Source: Podarcis tiliguerta (taxonomy: Eukaryota). From it: a stretch of DNA of 64,000 nucleotides. Every line of letters begins with the position of its first letter. Position 1 is the first letter of the stretch. The DNA lies in assembly GCA_965153285.1 (NCBI GenBank), contig OZ229112.1. One strand, written 5' to 3'. The position numbers were made by a program, and so were the translations under genes. The notes under the pieces were generated by a model. The model was given only the letters and a program-made list of their open reading frames with translations. It had not been told where the DNA came from and made no database searches. Below, piece by piece: positions 13,950-26,489 of the stretch.

Positions 13950-15590
13950 CCATGAGTAAATATATGTTTGTAAGAAATGTTTAAATATCATTACTACCAC
14001 CATCTCAATCTTCTGAATAAAGGGGGGGGCAGAGGGGCTGTGCTATCACAAGGCTATATTATGACCAAGTGACAAACTGCTGAGCAAGAAATGACCAGTG
14101 AAGTCTCTCTCAACATCCTTAGAGGACAGCTTGGTCTATACTATGGGACAAGAAAAGTCTGCTAGGTATCATGATACCAAGTTGTTTAGGGCTTTCAATG
14201 TCAGCAACAAAACCTTAAACTTTTCTTTGTAGCTAATATGGAGACAGTGCAGATGAATATGTGTAAAGTAATATGTGTAAAGCTGTGTGTCCCACTAAGC
14301 ACCCTAAGCGGCTACAATTTGCATTAGCTGCAGCTTCCAAATCAGGCATAACACAGTAAGGTTACCAATGTATAGACCATACAAAGCAAGGCCAAGAACA
14401 GCCATAGTTAGCATGCATAAATAAAGTGCTCCAAGTCACTGAAGTCACCTGGCTCTCCCGTGACAATGGTGAAAAAGGAGTACTAGGCACCCGCTCCTTC
14501 ATGGGAATGCAACTCCATCCAGAGCTGGTATGATCTGGAAACCACTCATCCATAGGGTCCCCATCAGAGTTCATTAGTAGTTTACAGCCTCTTACTGTAC
14601 CCAGATATCAGTTTACAACATGCACAGCCTCTCCTGATTCAGAAGTTACAGAGAAATTGAGCTGGTTACTATCAGTATGATGTTGCCATGTCCAAATTCC
14701 ATTGCCAAGTAAGCAGGGGCCGGAAGTCTCTGAGGAACTCTTACCTGAGAGCTGAATCCACATACAAAGTCCAACACCTCAGCAGGAAACAGCAAGGTAG
14801 GACCAGGAACTACATGCATTGCTTCCAGCATCTGACTGCTGCTGAGAGCTCTGTTTAAGAAGGCCAGAGCCAGCTGGTTCTCATCAGTGCCTTTTCCTCT
14901 GTGAAGGCTGATCAGCTGCAGGTGGAGTCATTCCCCTTTCTCCCCTTTCAGGCTGCTGTTCAGCAGGTGAAGCTGACTCCTGGCCCTTGTCAATACTGGT
15001 GAAATATTTCCTCAGTTATCCTACTGACCACCCCCAGGGGCTTCATTTTGATATTAAATAGCATTGGGGACAAAATTGAGTCCACAGATCAACTACTAGG
15101 TGTCTGAGGTACAGTGGCCCAGTACTACTCTCTGAAGCTGACCCCACAAGTGGGAACTAGATCATCATCAAATGGTGTTCCCAACCCCCAACTCACTAAG
15201 GCAGAAGGATACCATGGTCAATAGCATCAAAAGTCGCTGGGAGTTCCAGGAGAAGCAAAAGGGTCATACTTTCCATGTCCCTCTCCTATAAAAGGAAGCC
15301 ATCAAGGTGAGTATGGTTGATTAAATACCAAAACTGGGCCTGAAGCTGCACTGCCACCATCCCTCTTGATCACCTTACCCCCCAAAGAGAGTGCTAATGA
15401 CCCGGTAGTAAACCTCTGGTTACAGGTGAGGACAAATTATTTCAGGAGTGGCAGCATCACCATCTCCTTCAAGGAAGCAGGAACTACCCCATCACACAGC
15501 CAAATGTGCAGCACACCTTGGATGTGAGCAAGCAGCTTGCCCACATCCTCAGGCTTCAGTAACTGTAACTGATTCAACAAAATCAGGCAA
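13950..15590 (-). mobile_element. Old fragmented L2 LINE ORF2 (RT region)
   Basis: Degenerate L2 motifs on the minus strand: LLLL...A.FD.IDHGILL near 15200-15265, VPASLKE.V..PLLK near 15440-15490, and the tttagggctttcaatgtcagcaacaaaacc motif at ~14185. Confidence 0.7.
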
Positions 15591-16661
15591 GATAATATAT
15601 CCAACATCTCAATGGCAGCACTCATGTTCCACTCAGACTTTCTCTGGAACCAGTCCAACAAGAGTGTTATCCAATTCTGTTATCCTTGTGTTCAGGGCCT
15701 TTGATCCAACAGATGGGTCTACTAATGGAAGAAGAGAGGAGGTGATTTTTGTGTGTGAGAGAGAGTGGTCATTTTCTCCTTCCTTCTGCAATCCCCTGTG
15801 CCCAACTGAAAATCAGTTATAGAAAGTGGGAGGGCCCACCACAACAGAGTGACATTGTGGGCTGCTGGTAGAAGGCCAAAGCGGGTAGAGGAGAATCCAT
15901 TCCTCTCTTTTTTCATCAGTGGAGGCATGTATTGGATCAAAACCTCTTCCATCAGCACAAGAGCATCAATTGGATTCCATGCACCATCTTGACTACATGG
16001 AGACTTGAGAGCCTGCCCAACAGACTTGCTTTGCCGTGCTGGTGGTGTTCAGGCCTTCTGGTCAACAATGATTTGTGATTTAAGAACAGGGATATGCCTA
16101 ACTTTCTGAACTCTTAATAAGAAAACAGACCGTCGGTTGTACAACAATCATGGCAAATGATCTATGGTCAAATAAATTATTTTTATGCAAGTAAAGGAAA
16201 AACACAAATGGTCAGAGTAAGCAAAATAAAAAGCTGCTGCATGGGAAAAAGATAAGTAATAAATTATTATATTATTATAAAGGCTTAGAACCTAAGTAGT
16301 TGTCCTAATATGGAGCAACAGTAAAGCTACATCATAAAAAATGACTGCAGCCCTGCACAAATGACATACTTTAGAATCATGCAAACATAGTAGGGAAAAG
16401 CATTAGAGCTGGGAAAGAAACCTACTGAGCACTAGTATTACACTAGCTTCAGTGGGACTTGTCCTGAAGCAAGACACAACACTCCTACTGAAATGAATGG
16501 AACTTGAGTAATGTCATGGATTGGTTGATTACATCTACAGAATGCAATTTCATGTTCCTCTGGAGAAAATATGACCAGGACAATGCTGACATGAAACTGA
16601 AGTGGAACTGGAAATATTTCATGGACTTCCTCCATTTAATCAGCAAGGATATAATATTACC

Positions 16662-16732
16662 AGAATCATAGAATCATAGAGTTGGAAGAGACCACAAGGG
16701 CCATCGAGTCCAACCCCCTGCCAAGTAGGAAA
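16662..16732 (-). mobile_element. CR1 LINE (or CR1-tailed SINE) 3' terminus
   Basis: agaatcatagaatcatagagttggaagagaccacaagggccatcgagtccaaccccctg = reverse complement of the CR1 tail with (ATTCTATG)n. Confidence 0.85.
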
Positions 16733-18858
16733 AGTTGCTTAAGAATACTGTGCTATGTAGCATTTGCTAGAGTGCTCTTGCCTAAGCACCAAAAGGTTTA
16801 CTGAACATTTATTACCCAAGTCATGTTTTTTGTATGCTGCCATCTTGGAATCCTGGCTTTATAGCTGACTTGACAAAGTAGCTCTTGCTCAGTTCCATGT
16901 AGAGATAAGTAAAACATTCACCCAATTCACAGGGACAATTCAAATAAACATTTGCTAGTATTGTTTCGAGAAAGAATGAGTAAAAAAGGAAGGTGGGAAT
17001 ACTATTTTCTTGCCCTGTGGTCATATCAGAATAGCATTTATGGCATTTCATGGCAGGCTACCAAAAAACAGGGAGCTTAGTATTTTTCAAGGGATTTAGA
17101 ACGACTGTCTATTGTAGCTGTAGGTGCTGTCTATCAGAAGAACTGGAACATAGCCTTACAACAGCAACACAGTTTACTTTTTCAAGAGAGCTAATGTGTT
17201 CTTTGAATAAGTTCATCTCTCATGTGATCCTTTGCTTTTCATGAGATCTTTTTAGCATTTCCTCAGCTCTCATTCCCTCTAGTAATCTGCAGTTGCTAGC
17301 ATTTCATTTTGCATTTAATGCCAAACCTCATGGAGGATAACACAGCCTGCAGCTTTATTCATGTGACATGGCTGTGGAAATAATGAAAGGAGTCTATATA
17401 TTTTTTTTATTACACATATTGATTGTCAGTAACTGAAGATGCTTGCCAAGTGTATGCAGAGAAAGTCAGTGCAGAAGACAGCAGCTCCAGGCTTCTCTTA
17501 AGCCCACTGCCCACTCAAAAGTATCAGAAGAACAATGCTTTCCTATGATGTTCACTTTCCCAAACTGAGCCTGATATATACATGACAATTCTCCAAAGAT
17601 TTCCTAGTTTTACTGAGGCAATATATTGTTTTGTTATTATAATCATGCCTCTAGTACATTGAGGAGAAAAATTAATGGGGTAAAAAGGCTTTGCTCTCCA
17701 GTGTGTTTCTTCTGCTGTTTTAATGATAATGGCTGGAAGATAACTAACGTTTAACTTTTTGTCTTGCTTTTCAGGCTTTATTAAAGAGTCCAAAACCTTA
17801 TTCTTTTTACCCTTATAAACACAATTCACACTTGAACTTCCTGTTTGTCTCTGCTTCTGTACATTTTTGCAGTGACACCCTCATTATTAGGGACAAAACA
17901 TCTGCAATGTTTGGACATCAATGCAAAGTAATAAGAGCAAGTTGTTGCAAGTTCGCTCTTATTCGTAGAAAACACCCAGAATCTATCTATTGAACAGGAA
18001 CTGCTGTATCTGTACTGTCACATTATAACTCAAACGTGACAGTGCTGGGTGCTCCACAAACCCTCTTTGATTCTGTGACTGAAAGTAGTGTGGAATACTG
18101 CAAACAATTATGTGCCACATTCCTCAGGTAGTAGATATCATCTTTGGACCAGTGGTCTCTAACTTGGTGAACTTTCCAGTATATTTCCAATCAGGAGTTT
18201 TGAAGTAGAGCTCTATCTCTCTGTTCCATCTGAACTGGGAGAGGTGCTTGGGGTACAAGACTAGTGCTTTGATGCAGTGATGAGCTGGATGTAGGCCAAC
18301 CAATTGAAATGGAACCCTGAAAAATCAGAGGTGTTGTGTGTTCCAAGTTCTCAGGTCCAGAAGGTGGATAGAAGGCATGTTCTGGATAGGTCTGTACTTC
18401 ACTGGAAGGAGCAAATTCCTGGATCTAACATTGTCACTTGAGGCTCAAGAGGCCTCAAGTAGCTAAGAAGCCCTAGTTCCAGTTCTGGCTGGTTCAGCAG
18501 CTGTGGCCCCTTTTGGACAGATATGACTTGATTAAAGTATTCCATGCTCTGGTAACTTCCAGACTGGATTATTGCAATGCACTCTGCATGGTGCTGCACT
18601 CAAAGACAATTCAGAACTTTTAAATGGTCCAAAATGCAGCAGCCAGATTACTGGTTGGGGTTCCCTTTAGAACTAATATAACCTATGTTTTGAAAGAGCT
18701 AGATTCATTGCCAGTTCATTTCTGGGCACAATTCGAGGTGCCCACATTGGTGTTTAGGACTCTAAACATCTAAGGCCTCAAATATCTGGAAGATACCCTT
18801 CTTCTTTACAGATGTACTCAGACATTAAGATCCGCAGAGCAGACCATTGTTGTTACTA

Positions 18859-18859
<1 letters not shown>

Positions 18860-18893
<34 letters not shown>

Positions 18894-19037
18894 CTATACC
18901 ATCCTCATGGAGGAGACACAAAAATACATATACTAACAAACAAAAACAATAACACCACATAAACAGTTTAAAAGGCCATAGTTTGTTTAATTAGTCAAAG
19001 GTCCAGGAGAAGAGGAATGTTTTTGTCTACTGCCTAA

Positions 19038-19082
<45 letters not shown>

Positions 19083-19318
19083 GGTTTCTATACTGCCCTT
19101 TATCCAAGGATTACAGGGCATGCTTTTGCCTGGAACCTAAATATATGCAATTAATGTGCTAGGCTACCCTTCCTGGGGAGAGCCTTCCACAAGTGGCGAA
19201 CTACCGCAAAAAAGGCCTGTTCTTGTGTTGCCACCCTCTGGACCTTTTCATGGAGGAGGCACATAAAGAAGGGTCTCAGATGATGATTACAGGATCTGGG
19301 TCAGTTTATATAGAGAGT
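18860..19318 (-). mobile_element. Two tandem antisense L2 3' fragments, each with a (TAA)n tail
   Basis: (TTA)n at ~18860-18892 and 19041-19080, each followed by reverse-complement L2 terminus (tatactgccctt...; agagccttccacaag; aaggcctgttcttgtgttgccacc). Confidence 0.65.
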
Positions 19319-19355
19319 TATATAGTCTGCTTGGTAGTTCAGAAGTTGGGCAGTA

Positions 19356-19405
<50 letters not shown>
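19356..19405. repeat. Compound (GT)n(GA)n microsatellite
   Basis: Directly visible. Confidence 0.95.
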
Positions 19406-19407
<2 letters not shown>

Positions 19408-21395
19408 TGGGAGAGGGAATTCTCTGCGGAAACTCCTAGTTTATGGAATTCCTTCCCTACAAGGGTGGGTTGAGCACCTTCATTACGTAGCTTCCATCAT
19501 ATGCTGAAGATTCACCTCTCTACCCTGGCCTTTGACACTTGAGGTATATGTTTTCAGGACTCACACTATTCCTGTGACTGTAATTTGATTTAAACTGTTT
19601 TTAATATTTAATTTTAAATTGTTGTAACCCACCCTGGGGCCATAATGCCAAAGGGTAGGTAATAAATTGAAATAACAAAAACAGGAAATCCCAGAGATTT
19701 CAGGATTAGAATACAACCCTCCCACAGTGCAGTGATTTCTGTATAATTTTGCTCTGACCCCCAGTACTGTGTGTTCAAAAGAATGTCTAGAAATGTAGGC
19801 TATTCTGTGGCATTATGCAGCATCCTAAGAATCCCATTTTTGCTTCCATTATGTCCAGCATTTACCAATGTATTCCAAATGCTTCAAGCAAATCAAAACT
19901 TGGAAGTAGAAGAAAGAGATTGCTAAACTGAAGACATGAGAACTGCGTTGGAATTCTACAGTGAAATCAGAACTATTGTCTAAAACAAAACAACATCCCC
20001 AATCTATTTTAATGAAACCAGGTTCACTGAAATCTAATCAGGAATGTAGCAGAACTGAATACCAACCATCACCACCAATTTCTCCCTTTATTTATGTAGC
20101 ATAATGAATTAACGGTAAAACAAGAAATGTTAAGGGGAAATAGCATGTGAGATTCTGCTCAATCAATGTCTGCATAAGTCCCTTTCCGTATGTGGGTTTT
20201 ATCTGTCAGCCAGAAAGCACATGAAAGAAAGAAAGAAAGAAATGTACACATGCCAAAGAGACACAAAGTCTCCCAGCTGAACTGCTAGAGCAATGCCTCT
20301 CACATGTCTTTGGAATCTTACAACTGCCAGATCTAAATCAGGATTACTGTTGCAGTGGTGGTGGTGGTGTAGTTAATACAGAAAACAATTCTAAGCATGT
20401 TTACTCTGAAGTCAGTTCCACAGAGTTCAGCTGAGCATATTCCTGGCTTAGCATACATTGGACTGAAGCCATGGAACCACTTCATACTATGGGTAAGTAG
20501 GATTCAGTCTGAGAGCCAGAAAGAGAGGCCTAGATGGCCACTTTCAGTCCTCAAGCCTATGGCTCCCACCCCTGCTTAAGACCTTTCATATATTCTGCTC
20601 ATAGTATAATGAATAAATTAAGATAATTAATGTGTCCAAGGAAAATCAAGGGACTCCAGAAATGAACTTTCTCTAGTTCTCTGAAGCTATAATGTCTACA
20701 TAAATGGCTATTTTCTTTTTACAAGCCATTTCTTTTTCATATATGACTAATTATTAAAAATGCTGTAGTTGTAAGTATCTTACTTAGTTTTATTAATTTT
20801 GAAATTAACTGTGTAGGGGATTTATGCGATGTTAATTTCCTCTATATGAGTTCAATTAAAATGAGTCATACAAAACAGAATCAAGACCGTATCTTTTCAA
20901 GTTAGTTAAGAAAATGTTAGGGTGAGACATAAATATGGTTCTATTTACCTTGCCTGAACATCACCATATTTTCAAAGGGTCAGTGAGAACCTTTTCATTT
21001 GTTGCCGACCTCTGTCTAACCTACAATATTTTTTCAACTTTGGTTTTCTAAATATTTACAATGGGTTATATCCAATTGCATTCTACTCAAAGTAAACCAA
21101 TTAAAATTAGTCATCCTCATGAATTTCAATAGGTTTACTTTGAGTATGACTAGCACTGCATGTGGCCCAGTATGAATAAAGTATGTTTCCCCCACTTCAA
21201 TCACTAACCTTACAGTTAAGAGATGAAGAAAGGGAGTGGGAAGCATATGGGAATTGGTAGGTTCTGTTTTGAGCAGAGAGATTTTTAGGGGGTGCCCACA
21301 ATATGAGATAAAATGCAGGGAATCTCAAGTGAGATGCCCATAAAGTGGAAGATGCTTCCAATACCAGTCACCACACAGAAGCAGAGAAAGGTTGC

Positions 21396-21772
21396 TGTTG
21401 CAGAAAATAAGGCTCAGTAAAACAGTTTTGTAGGTACAGTATATATATATATATACAGCTTGTAGGCTTTTGCAGATATATACAGATACATACAAGTACA
21501 AAGTATTTCTGTTGCTCTAAATAAGTTATATAATTTAAGACATAACACTGGACAAATAACACTGACTGGCTAACCAACTAACAGATACACAGACTAACTC
21601 CAGACTAACAGACCACTGAACTGACATGTATTAATCACAGATATAGACGGGTCACTGAGTCGTTGCTGTAGCAACCAGCTTGGATGACCTTGCACCTGGA
21701 AATAGCTCATCCATGGAGTGATTTGCACTCATGAAGGAAATTAACCCATTTGCATGTCCAGTTACTCCAACA
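21396..21772. mobile_element. Possible solo LTR
   Basis: Starts tgttg and ends caaca, with internal short repeats (cagactaac). No matching TSD was seen. Confidence 0.25.
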
Positions 21773-23111
21773 TAAAATTCTTAGAGAAGCAAACGTTTCT
21801 GCCATTGAGCGGCTGTCACATTTATACATGGCGCTGCAGCAGGTGGAAAGGACTGGGAACTTGGTGGGGAGTAGCATAACCAAAGGCAGCTACTAAGTGG
21901 GTTTGCTGCCATCAGCATGGCCTTCCATGTTCTCTGGTCCCTTGCCCAATCAGCTAGGCACTTGATGGAAGGGTGCAGGACATGCTGAGAGCACACCAGA
22001 GAGCAGATTTTGTTCCAGTCCTCTCCTTATATATCCAAACTGAGGAGGTGCATGCACATCATACATGTGCTCTGTTTCACAGGGTGTGATATGAAACGTT
22101 GTTGTGGACTGCAGGTGCTGCCAGATGAGAACTAGTAAGGAATTCTATCACAGACCCAGTTTAGACAAGTGGAGCATGATTTTTATGTACTAATTTATCT
22201 GACTTTTTCATAACAAAGACACTCAGTTATGTTTGGCATTTTGCTGCGGCTGGCTGTCCATTTCATTGAGCCAGGACAGGACAATGGTTTAGCAATGGGA
22301 AGGACTAACTCAAATCTCATTGATTTCATACAGTCTACTCAATGTATGACTAAGACTCAATCCAACCTACTGAAATAGGCATTTATAATTTTAACTTAAG
22401 AGCAGGAGTTGTAAAAGAAGATTCTTCATGTGTGCCAGTGGAGTCATAACGTATCCATGCACAAAAAGTTAAAACAATAAATGCATAATTTTTTATCCAG
22501 TGAATTCTATGGTTCTGTGGTAAACCACTTCCATCTATAAAAACAAAAATAGTTTTGCTACATAAGTTGTTTTAATCAAATTTTGACAAACATTCCCTCT
22601 TTCCCCCCACATCTTTCAGATTGTAAACATCTGGACTTTCATTTAATTTGGGTCAATAGTATACTGAGGAATCCTTGACTAGATTATTTTCTTCCTGTAG
22701 GATCAGCCAATCTATTTAACTATTAAATGATGCCTTTCCCAATGCTTCATACCCATATAGAATTTCAATGAATGCTTCCTCAGCTGAAATGCGATAGCAC
22801 AACTGTTATTTTTTACCTCTGCATCTCTGCCAAAGTTTATTAATAATTTACAGAGGTCTTGTCTCCAACAGAGCCACACAGGGATTCGTCATGTAAATAC
22901 ACCTCCTATCGTCCAGCTCATGGGATGGTACAAGTTGCTTGCCTTCAGAAATTACTTAATTGGATGCAAGTGGGCAAATAAAAAATGCAGCATATGTTAT
23001 CAAAACTGATCTGCACCTTTCTTCACTTATGTGTGAAGTCATCCTAAAAGACCCATGCTCTGGAGGCCCTTTGACATAAACTCAGATGTGTAGGCTTGGC
23101 TGCAGTGACTT

Positions 23112-23560
23112 AGGGAGCAATCTTAACTAGGGCTACCCACTGCAATTTATGTCAGTTCAAATTACACCTGCATAAAATACACCAGAGCCAAGCTCATCAG
23201 GAGTTAGCCTACAGTCAGCTCAGTTGGCTCAAACTCAACAGAGCAGAAACAAGCCTGTAAAATAGGTGGTGACTTACACTACCTTTTTTGCTAGTGTAAG
23301 TTCCATCAGGCTTCCAACTCACATGCCTGAGCCGAAAAGATGTGCCCCTGCCACATCCCTGGAACACCCTCCCCTTGGGGATTTACTCCGTCCTCAGCTT
23401 ACACCATCCTCAGAAAGGGACTTACTCCAGTCTTTCTCAGTCTAAGCTGCAGTTGCAGACTTACACCAGTATAACCCCAGATGAGCCAGGGTGGAGGCAG
23501 CTGAGCTGGAGATCCACAGGATCCCAACTGGATTCCAGATCTTGGGTTGGACTGCTCCAT
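23112..23560 (+). mobile_element. Old MITE-like repeat (possibly PIF/Harbinger type)
   Basis: Imperfect TIRs gggagcaatcttaac / gttggactgctcc. Internal similarity to a reverse-oriented copy at ~24652-24960. Confidence 0.4.
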
Positions 23561-24322
23561 TAGGGTTAATTTATATTATTACCTCAGTGTGCAGCAGTAT
23601 AATGTGTGGACAGAGTCTATTGCAAAAGGGTAAATTCAGCCCATAAGATTGTATCCACCCAGCCAGCTTCATATAGGCTGAAGAAGGCAGAATTCTGTGC
23701 AAGTTACTAGATAGGTAACATTGGGCTCAATCTAACTGCTTCTGTAGCTTCCCCCATTCCAACAAACGTTACCAGCACTTTATTCTAAAGCATGGTCTGA
23801 AAATGTGGTTTAAGCTGTGATACTGTATGCCCAGTGTCTGAATCTTTTTAACATCTGTGATTCATCTGCAGTTGCTTTTACTACTACAGAACATAGGCAT
23901 AGCAAATGAATTTGGGTCAGATATTCAGTTATCAATGAGTAGAATAACACTTTTTCTTTTAGACTCGGACCCAACAAGAATTTTACAAATAACACCCCAA
24001 AGATCCATCATGAAACAATTTTAGCACTGAGTATTTTATGCAAAATATTGAAAGATATACAATATACTAAGTTTAAAAAAATGAGCCAGTCAGTTATATA
24101 TGTAGTTCTTGCTAAATTAACGAAATGTATTTGAGTTGGAGAAAAAAAAATCACAAAATAATAATCCCAGAAATTGGAAAATGTTTATTATTGATTGAAA
24201 AACAGATCTCACCTTTCTGTAAATAATGGTGATACATTTGCTGTTACAATAGTTTAATCTGACTTTTGTTTCCCCCTTCGATCATTGCATTTTATATGTA
24301 CATGTTTGTAGACAGAGTAATA

Positions 24323-24545
24323 CAGGCAATTCCCATTTACATGGGGGTTATGTTCCGAGGCACAGCACACATAAGTGAAATCACATATATTTGAAAGACC
24401 AGTGTAAAAGCCTGCAAACACCCCAGTCTGCCCCCACTACATTCTGCCCCCTTTTGCGGTGTTTTTGGGTTGCTTCTGGGATCAGCGTGATGCATATGTG
24501 TGTGGCCACGCACATATTGAAAACATGTAAATGGGAGGTTGCCTG
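24323..24545. mobile_element. Tc1/mariner (Tigger-like) MITE
   Basis: TIRs caggcaattcccatttacatg / catgtaaatgggaggttgcctg flanked by TA on both sides. Confidence 0.85.
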
Positions 24546-24651
24546 TATTAATAAAGATGTATAAACAGCAACAACCATCCTTTACCTGCTTACCTGGCAA
24601 TGGGGATGAGTCAACATGCATAGGAGTTTGCTGTAAGATGGTTAGGGAACC

Positions 24652-24960
24652 TAGGGAGTGATTCAAACCCAATATCCACCAAGATGAGAGGAGTTTAGAA
24701 TAGGTGGATCTCTGGCTGAGCCTAGGCTGAAGTCTCTTATCCCAGCTCAGCTAGGTCTTAAGCTCTCCCAGCCTCCTCAAAGCCTTCTGAGGCTGTGGTA
24801 AGTCCCAAAAAGGGGTTTTCTGGAGGAAGAGCGGGGCAGGCTGAGACTTACCTCTATTCCAATCTCTATTTACCTCAATCACAGATGTTTTACTGGCAAA
24901 AAGGGTAGGGTAGGTCAAAAACTTTTTAAAACCTTGTTTTCCCCAGTGTAAAGTATACCA
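24652..24960 (-). mobile_element. Second, inverted copy of the 23112-23560 repeat family
   Basis: tttactggcaaaaagggtagggtaggtca resembles the reverse complement of tgacttacactaccttttttgctagtgtaa; gtggatctctggctgag resembles the reverse complement of ctgagctggagatccac. Confidence 0.45.
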
Positions 24961-26102
24961 CCCAGTGTAAAGTATGCCCATCCCACTTACTAGGAGTAAG
25001 TTACAATGGGCTTAATGTAACTTACTTCTGAATTGACATGTGTGAGATTGTCCTGTTAGATGGATATCATGAATATGTGGGGACAATAAAATAGGGTTTT
25101 GTTTTTGTTTGTTTGTTGTCCTAGCACTCCATTAAAACATTTTATATGAACAGAAAAGCATTTAAATTATCTTTTTATACACTTATGAAAAAATGTGAGT
25201 CAGCTAGGTGAAAAACTGAAGGCAAATAAGCGCTTTCAGAATTCAGACACTGATTAAATTAGGTTTTCCATTTGAATGTGAAGCATTACCAACCCCTGGC
25301 CATCACACAATATGCTACTTGTGGGGTGGGAATGCTTTGACATAAAAATTTAAAAAATGTGAATGAGGCCATTTAAAGACCCATGTCAAAATGATTATTT
25401 ACCAGAAATGATGTTTGCTTAAACGCTTGCTGTTTCCTAAAGCAGAAATTTATGTTTCATTTACACAGCAGAATACCACAAACAGGTGCAGCAATTTCAA
25501 TAGAGCTGTGCTTTCAATCCAAACGTGTGTCCTTTAGAACTGAAATATCCACCCCAGTCACACTATATAGCAGGGGTTGTGCTCCCAGTGAAATCAATAC
25601 AGGAACTCTCTGTATCTTTTACCAAGAGAACAACGTAAGAGAAATTCCTCAAGTATTTACCAAGCCTTTACTCAGGAAAGACATCTACTGATACTTGGAT
25701 AAGTCAGGATGTCAGGAGATTATTCTCATAGTGAACAGGCTCTCTTACATCTTTTAGCATCTGCAGTGTATGATGATATCCAGTTTGATATGTCTTTTAA
25801 ACTTGAGAGAGGGTGGCAGGTGTGGAGAAATAGGAAAGCAATTCCTAGCATTCAATTTGTTGTCACTAATAAGGAAGGAATCTTTCTGTAATGAGCTTCA
25901 TTGTGGTATTTCACTGCCTGGCAGTGGGTCCCAACATTTGTGGGTTGTAATACTGTAATCCCTGCTAGAGATGGATTGCAGAAACTGTAACAGGAGTCCA
26001 ACATGCAACAGTGGGTGACACATAGTGCTAATTCAGCATCAGGACCTGGGACAGCACATAGTTTGAGAGATAGGTAGGACTAAGGGCCAAGTTAAATATG
26101 AC

Positions 26103-26489
26103 TGTCATGTGGCTTGGCTTTGCATGACTATTTTTTGTTTAATAAATGGATGGCATGGAAGTTGGCTGGGCTGGATCAGGACTGTATGTAGCACTAGCAG
26201 AGGTGAACTTTTAACTCTTTGCTCTTCCCAATGCCCTGATTGGAGCTGAGGCCTCCTGCACCTATAGCTGTAAGAAAAGCAAAGGTCCAATTGCCACCGA
26301 TGGGAGTTTTTATCCTACTGAAAATAGTGGTGTGAGTGGCTCCTTATCCATGGAAGTCTTTGCAATAGAGATTCCTGAGTGGCTGATTCCTGAGATATGT
26401 CAGGGAGAGAGCCTTGTCCAAACTCATGGTTTTGGCATCTTAGGACTGCTCCTCTGATTCAGAAGAGTCAATGTTATTAAGTTATGACA
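26103..26489 (-). mobile_element. Possible degenerate solo LTR (Gypsy-like)
   Basis: Termini tgtcat...atgaca. No TSD detected. Confidence 0.25.

Larger units (their letters stand above)
18255..19680 (+). mobile_element. L2 LINE 3' ~1 kb, interrupted at ~18855-19320 by antisense L2 pieces and microsatellites
   Basis: L2 ORF2 motifs WM.AN.LK.NP.K.E and HALVTSRLDYCNAL (tccatgctctggtaacttccagactggattattgcaatgcactc). Resumes with ...tttatggaattccttccc... and the tail ttgtaacccaccctgggg...aataaa. Confidence 0.8.
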
